Shown here in pieces: positions 60,748 through 64,000 of a stretch of 64,000 nucleotides of DNA. The notes beneath the pieces are model-generated. The model was given only the letters and a program-made list of their open reading frames with translations, was not told where the DNA came from and did not search any database. The position numbers and the translations under genes were made by a program. Numbering within the stretch: the first letter of the stretch is position 1; each line of letters begins with the position of its first letter. Source of the DNA: Rebecca billardiae RCC1528 (lineage: Eukaryota; Protista; Haptophyta). Where the stretch lies: positions 2,232,001 to 2,296,000 of the forward strand of contig OZ251226.1 in NCBI GenBank assembly GCA_965240325.2, read 5' to 3'.

Positions 60748-62763
60748 GTGTACACGACGATACGCATGGGCCAGGGCATCTGCTGCTGTCTGCCTCGTGA
60801 CTTTTTTCTGAACTCGCGTCCAACGTTCCCAGTGGGACCGGCCCAGGCGAGCCGTGTCCGGCGCTCGGCGCGGAGACCGAGGCGGCCTCTTCCTGGCTGG
60901 CGGCGACTGCCGCGCCGTCGTCCCGTGCCCCGCTCGCGGTCGATTGCTAGGCGGCGGGGTCCGGTCCCTTCCTGACTGCAGTGGTGTTGCGGTCGCGACC
61001 GTCGCACTGGAGTTCACGCCCCTTGATTGTCACGCTTACATATTTGCACTCGCAGAGCTGGACTTAGTAGTCCTGTCACGCCACCACGTTGACTCGGCTA
61101 GCGGCCCAGAGTGTCATCAGTGTTCGTAACTTCGTAAACCAGACCGGCGCCGGCCGACCAGGACCGATACTCGGTAGCCGTTTCAAACCTCATCCCCGCC
61201 GGCGGGAGCCCACACCGCCGGCGGCGGGATCGGGATTTCACAGATTCCCGCGATTCTCGCATGCGAAGCGGTACAATACAGTCGTCGTAAAACGATGACC
61301 CCTCTTCATCATGGCCGCCCGATGGGAATGACCTGCCGGTGCGGTGTGCGCAAGTCGTGCGGGGCAAGTTATGCGCCTGGGCAGCACACAATCCCCTCTT
61401 GCTTCGAGTTTGATCTATGAGCGCGCGCCTGCAGCCGGGAGATCCGATCGACAAGGAAAACCGCTTCCAGGAAGTACGGGCAACCCAGACCCGCGCCCAT
61501 GTGACGAGGCGGCTCACAAGAGAAAAGAGGCCTGGCTGTGCAAGTGGACATGCGGATGCGTCGGATGTCCGACCAACTGAGTGGGACTTGCAGGCCGGTA
61601 GAACACTCCCGAGTCCACCACGTCTGCACCTGTCCGGCGTGCGAGCCGGACCGTAACTTCACCCTGCAGGGATAAGTCGTCCGCGCCGCGGCCGGCACTG
61701 ACAACGTGAGACTTTGACAACAGCCCGCAAGCCAGGTCTGACCACCAACGGCCGCCGCGGGGGCTGGCAGGTCGATACAGGCAAGTGCGTTCATGCCTCA
61801 TGGCTTCCAGTCGCGCAGTGCGCCCCAGATTGAGTGTAAGCTTGAAAGGCGACGCGGTGCTAACACACCTGCCGGCAACTCACACGGTCAGAGAAACACG
61901 GTCAGAGAATAGCTTACGCTCCCTGAATGATCTCTGACTACACGTACGCTCAGACCCGGCACTGGCCTCACTAGTCACTCCTCAGTCATAGATAGAGTCA
62001 GACGCTGTCGCACAGACACGTGTGACGTGACACTGCCACTGGCAACGCCGGCGACTGTTCAGACGATGGCTCAGTATGCCACACCGCCGCGACACACGGC
62101 CACGCGGGCCTTCGGGGTTGCGGGTTCGGTTAGTACCTTGTCGTCGATCATCATATGAGACTCGTCCCGGTCCCGGACCCGGTCCGATCAGTCTGAGACT
62201 CTGACTGAGTCTTCGGAGTCTGCCGCGACCGCCGGGCAGTGCCGGCAGTCTGCGATATCGGATATTCTCGAATATCTCGTAACGCGGTCGATCGAATAAT
62301 AATATACTAATATCCGATGATGCTAATAATATATTAAATAACGGCCGGTCTTCGGCTTCGCAGCGGTTGGCCACAGGGACGGGCAGGCGGTTTCACGGTG
62401 CCGCAGTGGCCCCGGGCCCGGGTCCGCGACTAGGACCGCTGACTTTCAGTAAGATCCGACACTTCTCGGGGACCGCGTGTCATATTTAATTACGCGGACT
62501 GTCCGCTGAGTGAGTGAGTCGTGTCACGTGACACACTGACACTCTCGCAGTCATACTGCAATAGTGTCACGTTCGGCTGATCGGCTGAGCCAATGATGCT
62601 CGCAGTCCGGGTGCCGCAGCCAGCTGCGCGTGGGTGCCGGCCGCGCGGCTGAATAGTGAATGGCTGACGAGTCGCCGACGAGTACGGCGGCCGGATGGGC
62701 AACTGCTGCCCGCCCGCCAGGCGCGCGTGGCGGCGCCGAAGACGCGCCGGCTCAGCCAGCCTT

Positions 62764-64000
62764 TCACAAGCTTCCACTTGCAAAGCGCACGATTCTGCTC
62801 GAGCTGGGTGGAGGCGATGCTGGTCCAGTGATTTCTGGTGTGCGGGCGACGCGCCCGCGGCTGCCGGGCGACTGCGATCCAGACGCGGGCACGCGCCCCG
62901 GGTGCATCGGTGGCTTCGATGGCGAGCGCTTCGAGGAATCCGCATCCGCGTCCGCCCTCAGCCCCGCGTGCGATGGTCCCGGCGCCGCCGATCGCATGCG
63001 CGTGCGCAGCTCGGACGGCCGGAAGGTGCGCCGGCGGAGGATACCCTTTGCAGATTCCGTCGCCCGCCGCTCGTGCGCGGAAAGCGTCGGCGCAGGCGCG
63101 AGCCGGCCGGCGTCGTCGATGTACGCGCCGAACTCGTAGCCCTGCCGCTCCCAGAGCGAGGACTGCAGGCCCTCGATCACGCCCTGCAGCGCCTGCACCG
63201 ACTTGCCGCGCACGTCATTCAGCGCCTCGTCCGTGATCGTGCCGCGCGCCACCTGCTCGAGCTCAGACGCGGAGAGCTGCGCAGACCAGACCAGCGCGTG
63301 CCTGTCCGTGTGCGCCTCGCGCATCGCCGCCTCGCGCACGATCTCGAGGTCGGCCGTCCGATGGGCCGCGCGCATCAGCTCGCGCTGCTTGGAGCGGAAC
63401 AGCACGCGCGCGTCCGTGTGCACTCGCTGCAGCTCGAGCTTTGCGGCCAGATCAGTCGAGCCGGTGGCCAGAGGCGCACGGAAGATGCGCGCGCCTTGTG
63501 CGCCGCCGCCCTCGCGCATGCTCACGGCAGCAGCGGCACTCAGGCGCGACGACTCGAGCGCGTTCTGCCGCGCGAGCTGCTGGCCGCCACGCGACCCGGG
63601 CCTCGAGCCGGGCAGCGAGCCCGCGCTCGGCGGCGGGGGCGGGGGGGCGGCTGCGGGTCCGCGCCGCCCGGGCGTTGGCGCGGTCGCCGGCCGATCGGCG
63701 AGGATCCATGGGTCCGCCGGACGCGCGCGCGTGTGGGCGAGCGCGGGGGACGATGCCACCGAGGAGGCTGCGGCTGCAGCGCCCATGCTCGTCGCCGCCA
63801 GCGCGGAGGCCGGCCGCGCCAGCAGCGGCGGCGCGTGCGGCCGGGCGGCGCGCACATCCTGCGGAGGGAGGACGAGCTTTGCCGTGCCGCACATGTGCAC
63901 GCACGGAGCGGTGAGCGGCGAGTTCGGCTGGTACGACCGCGGCGGCATCTTTCTGGGCGCCGAGCTCCACGGCCGCGACGGTTGCCCCCCGAGCGCTGGA
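62764..64000 (-). CDS. Partial CDS (3' part), hypothetical coiled-coil protein
   Basis: Long open frame with helical segment DLAAKLELQRVHTDARVLFRSKQRELMR; the 5' end probably lies beyond the window. Confidence 0.5.
   Translation of the reverse strand, partial: PALGGQPSRPWSSAPRKMPPRSYQPNSPLTAPCVHMCGTAKLVLPPQDVRAARPHAPPLLARPASALAATSMGAAAAASSVASSPALAHTRARPADPWILADRPATAPTPGRRGPAAAPPPPPPSAGSLPGSRPGSRGGQQLARQNALESSRLSAAAAVSMREGGGAQGARIFRAPLATGSTDLAAKLELQRVHTDARVLFRSKQRELMRAAHRTADLEIVREAAMREAHTDRHALVWSAQLSASELEQVARGTITDEALNDVRGKSVQALQGVIEGLQSSLWERQGYEFGAYIDDAGRLAPAPTLSAHERRATESAKGILRRRTFRPSELRTRMRSAAPGPSHAGLRADADADSSKRSPSKPPMHPGRVPASGSQSPGSRGRVARTPEITGPASPPPSSSRIVRFASGSL

Noticed and set aside
74-63970. 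Hundreds of long Arg/Ala/Pro-rich ORFs overlapping real genes (e.g. 33167-35272, 20238-22058, 24750-26378)
   Set aside because: Shadow frames expected at this GC content; no domain motifs.

Overview
Very GC-rich eukaryotic nuclear DNA with short GT-AG introns rich in (GC)n. Several genes have bipartite signal+transit presequences, which points to an alga with a complex red plastid, most plausibly a haptophyte (inference). About 25 protein genes are supportable: a GT77-like glycosyltransferase, a cystatin-fold protein, VIT1/CCC1, GlcG/HbpS, a plastid phosphate translocator, an omega-3/omega-6-type desaturase, a gustatory-receptor-like 7TM protein, a membrane-split matrixin, a Zn-finger/HTH/ELM2-SANT regulator, a COPI-associated protein, a cupin-AAA-SAM fusion, a histidine acid phosphatase, TylF, an LRR receptor, START, SLC1, AIDA and three C-type lectins. 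There is also one atypical tRNA-Lys(CUU) and many transposon remnants and repeats. The top finding is a ~2.1-kb element with mariner-like TA|CCAGGTGG...CCACCTGG|TA ends that carries a CRESS-DNA-virus-type HUH/SF3 Rep instead of a transposase. It sits inside an array of leaderless C-type lectin genes. Also notable: an LRR receptor built from 72-nt single-repeat symmetric exons, and a GR-like gene bracketed by inverted Tc1/mariner-type ends. All gene models and family calls were made by eye; no database search was run.
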